From Caldisericia bacterium (GTDB taxonomy: Bacteria; Caldisericota; Caldisericia; JAAYUI01): a DNA stretch of 64,000 nucleotides. Below, in pieces: positions 52,699-63,413 of the stretch; the stretch's first letter is position 1; the number at the start of each line of letters is the position of its first letter. The stretch lies in assembly GCA_963674785.1 (NCBI GenBank), contig OY771555.1, positions 1,760,001 to 1,824,000 of the forward strand, in the 5' to 3' direction. A program made the position numbers and the translations under genes. The notes under the pieces were generated by a model. The model was not told where the DNA came from. It saw nothing but the letters and a program-made list of their open reading frames with translations, and searched no databases.

Positions 52699-55600
52699 GG
52701 TGTATACTCCAAATAGATTTTATCTTTCCCTTTTTTGGGCTCACAATAAGCGCCGATTATCTCACAAATCGATTCAAACTCAACAAACACCTTTGAACCT
52801 TCTATAATCACAGGCTTGTTTGCTTTAAACCTTTCGAGACCTGCATGTATTTCGTTTTCATCATGTGCAAGGCTCAAGTCCCAAACCTCAAACCTTCCCA
52901 CACACCTCTTCCTATCGGGAAGCACTTTCAACTCTCCCCCAAGAACAGACAACAAGGCAGATGCATCAACCAATATTGATGTCCCATCAGCTCGTGATTC
53001 TATTAGAACACCTGTATCATGGTTGTTGATCTCAACGGTGAAATCTTTAGTGTCTATGAGTATTTCCAGATTAGCATTTTCTCTAAATGGATTGTATTCA
53101 ATTGGGATCAGCCTTGTCCCACCATTTGACTCAACTGTTACGAATCCTCTCTCTGGAACCAATGGTGTATCAAATCCAATTTCAAAAGTCAGGGATATTT
53201 CGTCACCGGTTTCAAAATCATTTATAGATGGTTTAATATATGGAAGATCAACTGAAACTGTACCACTCAACACACCTACACCACCATTAGAAATTTTTAC
53301 CTCTGGGATTTTTGCGTTTTCCTCAATTCCAAGAATCCTTCGAATCTTGTATTCGAGATTTCGAACTCCCTGCTCCCAAAAGCCAATTTCGGTGTGAACC
53401 CACTGCATGTTCTTGTCAACAAGAACAAGTCTCGGAATTGATTTCGCCTCATATGCAATCTGAGCAGTTTTTTCAGGTTTGTCATCATAAACCATTGGAT
53501 ACGTAATCTTATCTAAACCAAGTTTCTTAAGATTTGTTTTTATTCTGGAATCGCTTTCAAGGGTATCCAAAATATCATCATCAGTTATGCCCTCAGCATC
53601 AGTAATAACACCCATCACATACAAACCATTGTCTTTGTATAATCGATGTAATCGCTCAATGTATGGCATTCCCATTTTACATGGGGGGCACCATGTTGCC
53701 CAGATATCAATCAACACAAGATCAACGTTATCTCTGGAAACAATCTCTTCAAGTTCTGTTTTTCCACCTTCAGATAACGGGTAGTTTCTCAGATTAAAAT
53801 TTGGTGCAGGCCTGTAACCACCAAGCCTATCTTGAAAATCATTGATCTGGATTCTTGTTGAATCAACCTCAAGAATTGGTTCTGTCACACTACCTTTAAC
53901 TTTTTTAGAAATAATAACTGTTGCATCATCAAACTGTGAAATTGTCGAATCAGTAAACTCAGCGAGAAGCTTTACAGGACCATAAAGAAACCCACCAATC
54001 ATCTCAAAGGTTTTTGAGAATTCAATCTCTCTGCCGGAATCATTTACAAATTTACTTCCAAGATCAAATGTCACATCATTTCCGCCGGAGATTATCCTTA
54101 CAGAGTTTGATGATGGAAAAATAACATTTGAACCAATTGATTCTAAAATCAATCCGATTGGTCCATAGGGTTCATCCCCCGATTCACACTTCTCCGGAAG
54201 AGGTTTAACTAAACCATCAATCTTAATCTCATCCAAACCATCATGAAAAGAGGTAAGTGTTTGGTCAAGACCAATGTTCCAACACCTGATAGGTAAATGA
54301 ACCGAATTTGAGTTACCTAGAAGAGTAACTTCAAAAGATTCATAACTCTTATTCCAATTGATTTCATCAGGGTTAAAGCTTAGAGCAACTTTAGCTGGAG
54401 ATTTATCGAAAGCGCCATTTAAAACAGTAATTGCAGATGAACTTGATGTGACTCTTCCGCTTCCAGCCTTACCACCAGAGTTTGAAATATTTATCGAGTC
54501 GATATCTGGAGGAATAAACCCATACCCATCAATAATCTTGATAATCGCCTGTTCTAAATAAAGCATTTGATCAGATGAATACTGTGGAAGCCAAAAAACA
54601 AGTTTGTTGTCATTATCAGCAACATAAATCCTTGGAAACTCAGAGCCAGGGAACTCTGAACATACCTGACCAACCGTATCAAAAATGATAGGGGTTGTTA
54701 CATTTGTAAGTGACATTTTAGCGAGATTTTCTTTGATAATCCTGTTTCCTGAAAAAAAGCTTTCCACATATGTATCGGTTGGGATTTCGGCTGATACAAG
54801 ATATGTTTTTAGACCTTTGCCAAAATACCTGTCGTGAATAGATTCGATGTATGGAATCAAAGCAGAGCTTTCATCACTTGTATCAAAAAAACAATAGAGC
54901 TTGAAGTTTTCTTCATCATCTGTTGAATTATAAACATTACCTGATTTCATTGGATAAACTGGGCACGAGAAATCATCCATTTTGTAGGAAAACACTGACT
55001 CGGAATACACAAGATCAAAACTTTTTTTGTCAGTAATCAGGAATGAATCTGTCTCCTTTTTTCCAATCATCGATACGGTTTTTCCATCAGTTGATTCACC
55101 AATCTGCCATCCAAAAGCAAGTGAATACACAGTCCATGGAAGATAGACATTGGTTTCATTCATAACCTCAAAATCAAACTTCCAATTCATGAGTTCATCG
55201 TTCAACAAGAAATCACCATTGTCTACGTTTAATCTTAGATTTTTTCCATCAACAAAAATTGACAGTTCTTTTGCCACTGAATCAAATCCATATGAGCCAC
55301 CAACGGCTGAAATGATTTTATCAGAATTTGTAGAGACCAAACCATCAATGCCTATTATCTTATCTGTTTGAATCTGTCCGTTGATATACCAAGTTTTTGT
55401 TTCGCTGCTGTCAAAAAAGATTGTACCCTTTGGATATATATTTACATCAACGGTGCATATCAATCTGCCATTATTCGTCGAAATTAAAACATAGTTTTTT
55501 CCAAAAAATCCATCTGCAGAATAAACAGAAGTTACCTTAACAGAATCACTATCAACTTTTGTGACCTCGATATTGTCGCCAATAACCTCGAAAGAATCGA

Positions 55601-58600
55601 TTACAACGTTGCTATCATTATCATCTAGGCTGACTTCTTCCCACGGGGCAAGTCCACCATCTTCTGCATCAATCCATTCAAGCATAATATCACTTTTATC
55701 TAATTCAGGTTTTCGGATTTTTCCATCTTCATCAAGAGTAACCTTCACACCTTTTGTTTCAGGGATCCATTCTACATCGGCACCAAAGGCCTCTCCAACA
55801 AACCTAAATGGGACAAAAGTTCTTCCCTCAACTATCATTGGAGCCCTCACAAGTTTAGTTTTTGTGCCGTTAATCTTGCCTTCAAGATTGTCTATCTGAA
55901 TCTCAATAAGAGTTTTTCCAAGAACAGCAATAACTGTTCTCGAATCAGCTTCCCACTTAATATCGGCACCAAATGCTTCTCCAATAAATCGAAATGGCAC
56001 CATAGTTGTATCAATATGAATAAACGGCGGGTTTTCTAAGTTGTAATCTTCGCCATTTACTTTTGCATCTTTTGAATCGATTTGAACTTCAATGATCTTT
56101 TTGTTACTTTTTACAAAATACCCAACAGGAAGTTTTGCCTCGACCGCTCCAGAACTAACAATCAGATTTGCCCTATATTGTTTGTCTGGCTCGATCTTTG
56201 ACTCATCCACCCAAACATTGATGATATCAGAAACCTCAGTGTTCAAAGTATTTGGATAACATATCAACCAGTCCTCATCAACTTCAATTTTGCACTCAAC
56301 TTCTCGATTGGATTCAATTTTATATGATTCCAAATCCTCCACTATGGAAATAGATATTTTTAACTCTTCAATATCCAAAGTCAACGTGTGAACTTCAGGT
56401 TCTTCATCAATAGAGATAAGGATTCCAAGTTCAATCAACAGCTCTCCTGGTAGATAAACATCTCCATTGCTTGCTTCAACCACAGGGGATGAAAGCTTAA
56501 ACGGACTATGACCAATCACCGAAACATCTGAACCCAACCACAGTCTAACGATTTTGTCACCCGCAACGATTGTTCTCTGATTTCCATCGGAAGAAATATC
56601 AAGACCAAAAGCCATAGAGATAACCGATGATGGATAAAGGAAACCAAAATCAGTTGCGATCAACTTATTTTTTATGGAACGGGTACTGCCAGCAATTATT
56701 ACCGAATTGCTTTCTGGTTCTAATTCAACCTCTATAACCGGAGAGCTACTGGATACAACGGTTACAGGTATTAAAACCACACCACCTGTTGTATCAATTG
56801 TTAACATACAGGTGTTCAGTCCTCTGTCTGTCACCTTGGAAATATCAACAGTTGCTGAAACTTTTGTTAGCTGGGGATCAAGAACATTTGGTGTGATTGT
56901 CATCCAATCCGAGCATGCTTTTATCGTTCCTTCAATTGGTCCCTCACCGATATTTTCAACCTCAAACGATATGCTCTTTTTCCCAAGCTCATCTGGGATG
57001 TATCCAAAATTTAGCATATCTTTCGAAACCGAAAGCATTGGTCTTGGTTCATAGTTTATAACAAGTTTCTTTTCAATCTTGTATCCAGTTCCGACCTGGT
57101 TTGATGTTACAGTGATTTCATTATCACCATCTGACAGTGTTAGGTTTAGCTTAAACAAACCGCTCGCGGAAGCAGTTGTTGCCCTTCCTCCGACATAAAC
57201 CATTGAACCTTTTCCAGTATAACCGGTAAGCTCATATTCAGGATTTGTTGCAAGTATCTTTTCTTCATCCTGCCCATCAACAAACAGATAGAACGGATCG
57301 GACATTTTGGAAACAATATGGGTTATCACACGTGCGACAAGCTCAATTCCTTCAATTGAAACATTTTCAAAAGTATCATCTGGGACATGATATTTCTGTG
57401 GTCCACGACCAAGGACAAAAACTGCCGGGACACCCTTCTGGGCAAAAGGACCATGATCTGAATTATTGCTTGCATTGAAATAAACATAATCCACACCAAG
57501 TATTGAACAGGAATTTTTGAAGATACCGGACAAATGTGTATGACTTGAATCATACCCAAAAGCAACCGCATTCTGGTTTCCAGAAACCATATCCATGTTT
57601 AAAACTGTCATACCTTCAAGAGGGAATGGGGGATTGTTTGCCATATGGGTTGAACCAAGAAGACCAATTTCCTCTCCAGAAAACGCAACAAAGGCTATGT
57701 TTATGTTGCTTCTTATATCTGAGCTTGTCAAAACTCTTGCAACCTCAAGCATGGCAGCAGTTCCTGAACCGTTATCTGCAGCACCATTGTAGACTTCACC
57801 CATTGGATCAATTCCAACATGGTCATAGTGAGCAGTAATCATTACCGTTTGGTTTGCACCAAATGGATCAGATGCTGGGATATACCCAACAACATTTGAT
57901 GTATCAACACTCTCCTCAACTCTGATATTGACTTCGATACTTGCTTTTATATCTTTCAATGCAAAAGAATTTGGAGCTTTTATTTCATCAATAGAATCAA
58001 AAAGCTCTTCAGGTGTATAACCGTTATTTTCGAGCAATTTCTTTGAGCCATCATATGACATGAAAAGACAAGGCACACGCTCATTATATCCGGTTCCCTG
58101 TTTGATGTTTATGTTGTTTTGATTTCTTTCAGGTAGCTTAGGGTTTTCCATGATAATTACACCAACAGCTCCATGGTTTACGGCGTTTGCGATCTTTGTA
58201 TTGTAATACATCACACTGTAAAGGGATTCATTTTCCTCAAACATGCTTTGAATAAACATCGGGGCATGTCTAAAAATTACCGCAATTTTCCCATCAACAT
58301 CTACATCTTTATAGTCATCATATTCCAAACCTTCGGCAGACACGGTGATTCCAAAACCAGCAAAAACAAGTGGAGTATTCACCGTCTTTCCAGAACCAGA
58401 AACCACACAGATATTATAATCCTCTCGATACTTCATCTCGAAAGGAGCTTCACCATCAGCATCTCTTATATCAAATCTTAAAGGAGCTTCAGGATACCAC
58501 AATGGAACATTGTAGTGTTGAAGATAAGTTCCATCATCACCAGCAGGAGTTAGACCCATTTTTGCAAACTCACCCGATATGTAATCTCTAGCCAAAGTTA

Positions 58601-58799
58601 TACCGGGATCGCCTTCCATTCTTCCACGGAATTCGTCGGATGAAATCGTCTTGACATAGTTTGAGATAGAATCAAAACTAACTTGGTTAACCAAACCAGC
58701 ATATGAAAAATCAGATCTGGCTATCGAAACACCAACATTGGCGAGACTAAAAACCAGAATAACTGACAATAATAGGCTTATCTTGCTCCTGAACTTCAT
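52695..58799 (-). CDS. 2034-aa secreted M28 peptidase with PA, Ig/BACON-like, stalk and TlpA-like thioredoxin domains
   Basis: Signal peptide; AHYDH, GAADNGSG, GEEIGLLGS, NMDM, SDH, YH; TFVPFRFVGEAFGA; DIWATWCPPC. Confidence 0.88.
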   Translation of the reverse strand: MKFRSKISLLLSVILVFSLANVGVSIARSDFSYAGLVNQVSFDSISNYVKTISSDEFRGRMEGDPGITLARDYISGEFAKMGLTPAGDDGTYLQHYNVPLWYPEAPLRFDIRDADGEAPFEMKYREDYNICVVSGSGKTVNTPLVFAGFGITVSAEGLEYDDYKDVDVDGKIAVIFRHAPMFIQSMFEENESLYSVMYYNTKIANAVNHGAVGVIIMENPKLPERNQNNINIKQGTGYNERVPCLFMSYDGSKKLLENNGYTPEELFDSIDEIKAPNSFALKDIKASIEVNIRVEESVDTSNVVGYIPASDPFGANQTVMITAHYDHVGIDPMGEVYNGAADNGSGTAAMLEVARVLTSSDIRSNINIAFVAFSGEEIGLLGSTHMANNPPFPLEGMTVLNMDMVSGNQNAVAFGYDSSHTHLSGIFKNSCSILGVDYVYFNASNNSDHGPFAQKGVPAVFVLGRGPQKYHVPDDTFENVSIEGIELVARVITHIVSKMSDPFYLFVDGQDEEKILATNPEYELTGYTGKGSMVYVGGRATTASASGLFKLNLTLSDGDNEITVTSNQVGTGYKIEKKLVINYEPRPMLSVSKDMLNFGYIPDELGKKSISFEVENIGEGPIEGTIKACSDWMTITPNVLDPQLTKVSATVDISKVTDRGLNTCMLTIDTTGGVVLIPVTVVSSSSPVIEVELEPESNSVIIAGSTRSIKNKLIATDFGFLYPSSVISMAFGLDISSDGNQRTIVAGDKIVRLWLGSDVSVIGHSPFKLSSPVVEASNGDVYLPGELLIELGILISIDEEPEVHTLTLDIEELKISISIVEDLESYKIESNREVECKIEVDEDWLICYPNTLNTEVSDIINVWVDESKIEPDKQYRANLIVSSGAVEAKLPVGYFVKSNKKIIEVQIDSKDAKVNGEDYNLENPPFIHIDTTMVPFRFIGEAFGADIKWEADSRTVIAVLGKTLIEIQIDNLEGKINGTKTKLVRAPMIVEGRTFVPFRFVGEAFGADVEWIPETKGVKVTLDEDGKIRKPELDKSDIMLEWIDAEDGGLAPWEEVSLDDNDSNVVIDSFEVIGDNIEVTKVDSDSVKVTSVYSADGFFGKNYVLISTNNGRLICTVDVNIYPKGTIFFDSSETKTWYINGQIQTDKIIGIDGLVSTNSDKIISAVGGSYGFDSVAKELSIFVDGKNLRLNVDNGDFLLNDELMNWKFDFEVMNETNVYLPWTVYSLAFGWQIGESTDGKTVSMIGKKETDSFLITDKKSFDLVYSESVFSYKMDDFSCPVYPMKSGNVYNSTDDEENFKLYCFFDTSDESSALIPYIESIHDRYFGKGLKTYLVSAEIPTDTYVESFFSGNRIIKENLAKMSLTNVTTPIIFDTVGQVCSEFPGSEFPRIYVADNDNKLVFWLPQYSSDQMLYLEQAIIKIIDGYGFIPPDIDSINISNSGGKAGSGRVTSSSSAITVLNGAFDKSPAKVALSFNPDEINWNKSYESFEVTLLGNSNSVHLPIRCWNIGLDQTLTSFHDGLDEIKIDGLVKPLPEKCESGDEPYGPIGLILESIGSNVIFPSSNSVRIISGGNDVTFDLGSKFVNDSGREIEFSKTFEMIGGFLYGPVKLLAEFTDSTISQFDDATVIISKKVKGSVTEPILEVDSTRIQINDFQDRLGGYRPAPNFNLRNYPLSEGGKTELEEIVSRDNVDLVLIDIWATWCPPCKMGMPYIERLHRLYKDNGLYVMGVITDAEGITDDDILDTLESDSRIKTNLKKLGLDKITYPMVYDDKPEKTAQIAYEAKSIPRLVLVDKNMQWVHTEIGFWEQGVRNLEYKIRRILGIEENAKIPEVKISNGGVGVLSGTVSVDLPYIKPSINDFETGDEISLTFEIGFDTPLVPERGFVTVESNGGTRLIPIEYNPFRENANLEILIDTKDFTVEINNHDTGVLIESRADGTSILVDASALLSVLGGELKVLPDRKRCVGRFEVWDLSLAHDENEIHAGLERFKANKPVIIEGSKVFVEFESICEIIGAYCEPKKGKDKIYLEYTP

Positions 58800-58810
58800 T
58801 GATTTACTCC

Positions 58811-60007
58811 TTAAGAAAGCAACTCTGTCAAAGCGCCTGTAAACACATCAATCTCTTCAATAGTGTTATAAAGATATGTCGAAACCCTAAGAGTTCCCTC
58901 TATTCCAGTTTTATTAAACCAGCCATGCACGCAATGTCTTCCTGCCCTCATCATGATGTTGACCATATCATCAAGAGCCATAGAAAGATCATGAACATTG
59001 AAATCTTTAACAGTGATACTCGTTATTCCACCTCTGTCCTCCGCCTTTTGTGGGCCAATAATTGAAACATCGGGAAGTTTTTCGAGTGCTAGCTGGAGGT
59101 GTTTGTTTAATTCAATTTCGTGCTTATGAACATTTTCAAGACCGATATTTTCCAAGTATTCAACAGCATGTTTGACAGAGATAATACCTGCATAATTCTG
59201 AAGTCCCGCTTCAAATTTTCTTGGTGCATCAAGGAAATTCGCATGGTCATATGAAACATCAAGAACCGTTCCACCACCTCTTAAGAACATATTCAGATTA
59301 TCAAGGTCATCCTTTTTTCCGTAAAGGATTCCAATTCCAGTTGGTCCACACATCTTGTGAACAGAAAGAGTCAAAAAGTTACATCCGATTTCTTGAACAT
59401 TAAAGCTCTGATGTGCAGCACCCTGCGCACCATCGATGCAAGTCATCACACCATTTTCTGAAGCGATTTTGCATAAGTCTTTTACCGGAGCAGTCTCTCC
59501 ATCAAGGTTAGATGTCATCACACAGCTCAGAAATCTTGGCTTATGTGTTTTTATTGCGTCTTCCCATTTTTGAAGAGAAAAAAGACCATTATCACCAGGT
59601 TCAACAACAACAACCTTCACACCAATACTTCTTAGGTGTTGCCATGGAAGGAAATTTGAGTTGTGTTCTTTTCCTGAAACAAGCATCACATCTCCACTTT
59701 TCCAATCAATTCCATTGGCAACAATATTTATTGATTCCGTAGTATTTTTTGTAAAAACAATCTCGTTGTGAGATTTTGCACCAATATATCGCTGCATTGC
59801 CTTTCTTGAGGCAAGCATGGCATCATTCATTCTGTAAGCCAATTTATGACCAGATCGCCCTTCACAAACAGGATATTCTCTGTAGTACTCTGTGATTGCA
59901 TCAATTACGACATTCGGCTTGAGAGTCATACAGGCATTATCGAAATAGATCGGTGGATTTTCTGTTGCCAAAAGAGGGAAATCATTTCTGTACTTTTTAT
60001 CTATCAT
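58811..60007 (-). CDS. SufS-like cysteine desulfurase / selenocysteine lyase
   Basis: YFDNA, EHNSNFLPW, DGAQ, SVHKMCGPTG, RAGRHC; start at ATGA overlap 60007. Confidence 0.9.
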   Translation of the reverse strand: MIDKKYRNDFPLLATENPPIYFDNACMTLKPNVVIDAITEYYREYPVCEGRSGHKLAYRMNDAMLASRKAMQRYIGAKSHNEIVFTKNTTESINIVANGIDWKSGDVMLVSGKEHNSNFLPWQHLRSIGVKVVVVEPGDNGLFSLQKWEDAIKTHKPRFLSCVMTSNLDGETAPVKDLCKIASENGVMTCIDGAQGAAHQSFNVQEIGCNFLTLSVHKMCGPTGIGILYGKKDDLDNLNMFLRGGGTVLDVSYDHANFLDAPRKFEAGLQNYAGIISVKHAVEYLENIGLENVHKHEIELNKHLQLALEKLPDVSIIGPQKAEDRGGITSITVKDFNVHDLSMALDDMVNIMMRAGRHCVHGWFNKTGIEGTLRVSTYLYNTIEEIDVFTGALTELLS

Positions 60008-60201
60008 GATGCACTCCCACATGAACTACATGAGGATGATTCACATCCCTCGCATCCAGATTTTGATCCGGCAATCTTAGAGATTAGCTTTATTGTTGAT
60101 TTGCTTTTACAGTATGGACAGTCGGGGTTATCCGCTTCCATTTCTACAAGTTCACTAAACTCTTTTCCACAATCTTGACATCTGTACTCATAAATTGGCA
60201 T
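60004..60201 (-). CDS. FmdB family zinc-ribbon protein
   Basis: MPIYEYRCQDCG...CPYC, Cys/Ser-rich tail. Confidence 0.88.
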   Translation of the reverse strand: MPIYEYRCQDCGKEFSELVEMEADNPDCPYCKSKSTIKLISKIAGSKSGCEGCESSSCSSCGSAS

Positions 60202-60604
60202 CTTCGATACCCTCCTTGCTTTCCTCTAGTATTGATTCAGTTTTTCTGATCTCAACAAGGGTTTGGTCTATTACTTTTTTTATAAAATCAACCGCTTGGG
60301 TTTTCATTTGTTCAACTTTTGCTTGTGTCTCATCAAGAATCTCTTTTGATTTCTTTTCAGCAGCAGCAGTTGAATCTGTAGAGAGCTTTAACTTCTCAGC
60401 TTCATCTTTTGCTTTTTCAAGTATATTCTCGCGCTGTTTGATAACCTCGGAGGCATCCTCAAATTCAACAGGAAAATTGACAATTATCCTGTCAAGAAGC
60501 TCAAGAATCTTTTTTTGTGGAATCATGACAGTTTCCGAAAAAGCGGATTTTTTTGAGTTTATGATCAGATCCCTCATCTCCTCAAGATCTTTTATTACTC
60601 CCAT
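60188..60604 (-). CDS. Conserved coiled-coil protein typically downstream of coaD
   Basis: Helical, ILELLDRI..FP.EFEDA..VI pattern; rsmD-coaD-X synteny. Confidence 0.7.
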   Translation of the reverse strand: MGVIKDLEEMRDLIINSKKSAFSETVMIPQKKILELLDRIIVNFPVEFEDASEVIKQRENILEKAKDEAEKLKLSTDSTAAAEKKSKEILDETQAKVEQMKTQAVDFIKKVIDQTLVEIRKTESILEESKEGIEDANL

Positions 60605-60607
60605 TTA

Positions 60608-61099
60608 TCATCCTTTCTCAAAGAGCTCAACCACCTCTTGCGGGACAAACGGTGAAATGTCACCACCACCCCTCGCAACCTGTTTGACAAGTGTTGATGA
60701 AATAAAGCTATATTCGGGTTCTGACATCAAAAAAACTGTTTCAAGGTCTTTATTAACCAGGGCATTTGTTACAGCCATTTTGTATTCATATTCAAAATCA
60801 GAAGCTGTTCTGAGTCCTCTTATGATTGTTTTGATACCTAAATCAGCCGCAAGTGACACCAGCAATTTATTAAATTTAATTACCTCTACAGATTTATTGC
60901 CTTTAAAAATATCTTTAAAAATATCTACTCTCTGATCGGTACTAAAAATAGGATTTTTGCCAGGGGAGTCAGCAACAGCAACAACAACATTTCCAAAAAG
61001 CTTCGACGCTCTTTTAATTAACGAGGTGTGACCAAGTGTTGGTGGATCAAATGTTCCCGGATACAACACTCTCGTAGAAACAAAGTTTTGTTCTTCCAT
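60608..61099 (-). CDS. coaD: Phosphopantetheine adenylyltransferase
   Basis: YPGTFDPPTLGH, IRGLR..SDFEYE, ISSTLVK. Confidence 0.96.
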   Translation of the reverse strand: MEEQNFVSTRVLYPGTFDPPTLGHTSLIKRASKLFGNVVVAVADSPGKNPIFSTDQRVDIFKDIFKGNKSVEVIKFNKLLVSLAADLGIKTIIRGLRTASDFEYEYKMAVTNALVNKDLETVFLMSEPEYSFISSTLVKQVARGGGDISPFVPQEVVELFEKG

Positions 61100-61640
61100 A
61101 CCGTTTTACCTTTGTTCTCCTTAAACTGAGAATGTTTTCAGGATACTCCGAATCAGATTCAACTTCAACAACAAGATAACCAAACTCAGATAGGCACGCA
61201 ATTCCATGTTTTATTATCTCTTCAAACTCATCATACTTCATGGCATATGGTGCATCTGAAAAGATTATATCAAACTTTAGTCCGTCCCTTTGAGCTTTGC
61301 TTAAGAATCTTCCGGCCTCAGAGCGTTTGATTTCAACAAGTCTTTCTATACCAAGAGTTTTTACGGCAGCCATACAAACTCGAATCGAAGCCATGCTCAT
61401 ATCAATCAACCAAGATTTTTTTGCCCCTCTTGAAACCGCTTCTATTCCATTTGCACCAGTTCCAGCAAACAAATCCAAAAAAACTTTTCCTTTAATATCT
61501 GGCCCAATAATATGAAAAAGCGCTTCTCTGACAAGGTCTTTTGTTGGTCTGCCTGTGAAATCGGAGTTTATCTTTATTCGTCTTCCGCGGTGGGTTCCGC
61601 CAATAATTCTAATTGTGGTGGATTTCTTTTTTTCTGTCAT
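61047..61640 (-). CDS. rsmD: 16S rRNA (guanine966-N2) methyltransferase
   Basis: IRIIGG..RGR, RPT...REALF, LDLFAGTG, DAPY; true start ATG 61640 because the longer ORF runs through the tRNA. Confidence 0.92.
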   Translation of the reverse strand: MTEKKKSTTIRIIGGTHRGRRIKINSDFTGRPTKDLVREALFHIIGPDIKGKVFLDLFAGTGANGIEAVSRGAKKSWLIDMSMASIRVCMAAVKTLGIERLVEIKRSEAGRFLSKAQRDGLKFDIIFSDAPYAMKYDEFEEIIKHGIACLSEFGYLVVEVESDSEYPENILSLRRTKVKRYGRTKLCFYESVVSGNI

Positions 61641-61647
61641 AAGAGGA

Positions 61648-61723
61648 TGGTGGACCTGAGGGGATTCGAACCCCTGACCTTCTGCATGCCATGCAGACGC
61701 GCTGCCAGCTGCGCCACAGGCCC
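61648..61723 (-). tRNA. tRNA-Ala (GGC)
   Basis: GGGCCTGTGGCGCAGCTGG...T-GGC-A...GGTTCGAATCCC...GGTCCACCA; G3:U70 identity pair. Confidence 0.96.
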
Positions 61724-61733
61724 ATGGAACAAA

Positions 61734-61761
61734 ATCATACATTTTATGTGCTCTCTGTCAA
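61734..61761 (-). promoter_or_regulatory. Promoter of tRNA-Ala-rsmD-coaD run
   Basis: TTGACA-16nt-TATGAT on minus strand. Confidence 0.7.
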
Positions 61762-61784
61762 GGTTTTGAATTATATACTTGTGC

Positions 61785-62378
61785 CTATGATTTACCATTC
61801 TTGATCCTCTCACACTTTATTTGATTTATCAACGCATCCACGAGAAACAAAATTGATGAATCAAAATCTATATCAAATGCTGTATCCTTTGAGATTGTTT
61901 TTTTAAAAAACATCCCAAAGATTGACCCGAAATACACAGAGAGAATGTCACGGATTTTCTTTCGGGAAAGACTGAGTTTTTTGGAAAGATATCTAGTTAC
62001 ACTCTCCGCAACAATCTTCGAATAAGTTGCCAAAGGTAATTCAAGATTATCAACCCAAATATCTCGTTTGATCTCCATTCTTATTAGGTCAACATTTTGT
62101 GAAAACATCGAAATCATTTTCTTTCCAAGTGTCAAAAGATATTCATGTGGTGAATCGATATCCTTTAGACTATCAGGATTAAAGTTGGATTTGTTAAAAA
62201 AATGCTCAAACACCTTTATATACAAGTTTTCTTTTGACTTGAAGTTTCTGAAAATTGTAATTTCATTCACATCTGCACAAATTGCGATTTCTTTTGTTGA
62301 AACATTATAAAATCCTTTTTCAGAAAATATCTTTTTTGCAGTGTCTAATATTAACTCTGCTTTATTTTGGGTGCTCAT
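61785..62378 (-). CDS. TetR/AcrR family transcriptional regulator
   Basis: IFSEKGF..VSTKEIA..ADVNEITIFRNFKSKENL HTH; GAGGAG SD before ATG 62378. Confidence 0.92.
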   Translation of the reverse strand: MSTQNKAELILDTAKKIFSEKGFYNVSTKEIAICADVNEITIFRNFKSKENLYIKVFEHFFNKSNFNPDSLKDIDSPHEYLLTLGKKMISMFSQNVDLIRMEIKRDIWVDNLELPLATYSKIVAESVTRYLSKKLSLSRKKIRDILSVYFGSIFGMFFKKTISKDTAFDIDFDSSILFLVDALINQIKCERIKNGKS

Positions 62379-62431
62379 TATTCTCCTCAAATCGCTCCTC
62401 GTTTTAGTTGATTTAGACCAAAAACAAATCT

Positions 62432-63379
62432 TTATTTCAAGAAATTAGTTTTAATCTTTTTATACTCATTATTGTTGAATGTACATTCTTTGATACAGAC
62501 ACTGCAACCACTTGTTTTAATAAAATACGGAAAACATTTCTCTCGATCAATATAAGTGCTGTTACCTGAAGGATTATCCTTTTTTTCTTTTAAAATTGCA
62601 CTCATTGGGCATTTTTCTATACACCTTCCACAGGTTCTACAAAAATCTTCAATCCATTTATGTGAATTTTCACCTTCAAAAAAAGGAAGATTTTTAATGC
62701 TAGTATAAACAGTCGCAATTCTAAATCTAGGCCCATACCAAGGAGTGATCAACAAGCCATGTTTTCCAATCCACCCAAGACCTGCTTTTTGTGCTATTGG
62801 AGGATAATATGAACTCCCTAACAACGGGTGACCAGCTTGTGCTGCAAAACCTAGTTTTCGTATCCCAACCACAATATCATTTGCTGAATATCCCAAATTT
62901 CTATAAATCTCATGCACAGCTTCGCCAGTCTGAACTGATGGTGCCATCGCAATTCTTTTTTTGTCCATCTCCATCAACAAGACAATTACATTATCATATA
63001 AAACTGCCTTATTTTGAAAAATCATTTCAGCCAGTAGTTTTGTATAACTAAAGTGTTTTACACCACATTTCATAATGATTTGCTCAATTTTTTTCAACTC
63101 CTCTTTTGAAGCTATCTCTTTTGATAAAACAGGATTATCTCGGATGGACTTATAACCTTCAAAAATTCCAGCTAGGCTACCAAATTGTAAAAACTTTGTC
63201 CTAATTGAACCTTTTGGCATTTGGCCACTCTTCATCGCCTCTTCAATTATTTCAAATCTCATTGTTGATGTGTCTGTTCCTCTGATGCTATTTTTTAAGT
63301 TATATAGATCATTTTCATACTTTAAAACCTTAGGAAATAAGAACTTCTTCATCATATTTGTTATAATATTACCCAACAT
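62432..63379 (-). CDS. Reductive dehalogenase/QueG-like cobalamin 2x[4Fe-4S] protein
   Basis: AGLGWIGKHGLLITPWYGPRFRI, CRTCGRCIEKCP, C..GCSVCIKEC. Confidence 0.8.
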   Translation of the reverse strand: MLGNIITNMMKKFLFPKVLKYENDLYNLKNSIRGTDTSTMRFEIIEEAMKSGQMPKGSIRTKFLQFGSLAGIFEGYKSIRDNPVLSKEIASKEELKKIEQIIMKCGVKHFSYTKLLAEMIFQNKAVLYDNVIVLLMEMDKKRIAMAPSVQTGEAVHEIYRNLGYSANDIVVGIRKLGFAAQAGHPLLGSSYYPPIAQKAGLGWIGKHGLLITPWYGPRFRIATVYTSIKNLPFFEGENSHKWIEDFCRTCGRCIEKCPMSAILKEKKDNPSGNSTYIDREKCFPYFIKTSGCSVCIKECTFNNNEYKKIKTNFLK

Positions 63380-63393
63380 AAATTCTCCTTTGT

Positions 63394-63413
63394 ATGCAAG
63401 TACTTACTTACAT
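63394..63413. promoter_or_regulatory. Candidate TetR operator
   Basis: ATGCAAGTACTTACTTACAT, 16 of 20 positions dyad-symmetric, between the minus-strand promoter (TTGACT at 63434-63439) and the SD. Confidence 0.6.

Noticed and set aside
60195-60935. 246-aa plus-strand ORF
   Set aside because: Ser/Phe-rich antisense mirror of coaD and its neighbour
61641-61742. N-terminal extension of rsmD
   Set aside because: It is the translation of the tRNA-Ala gene
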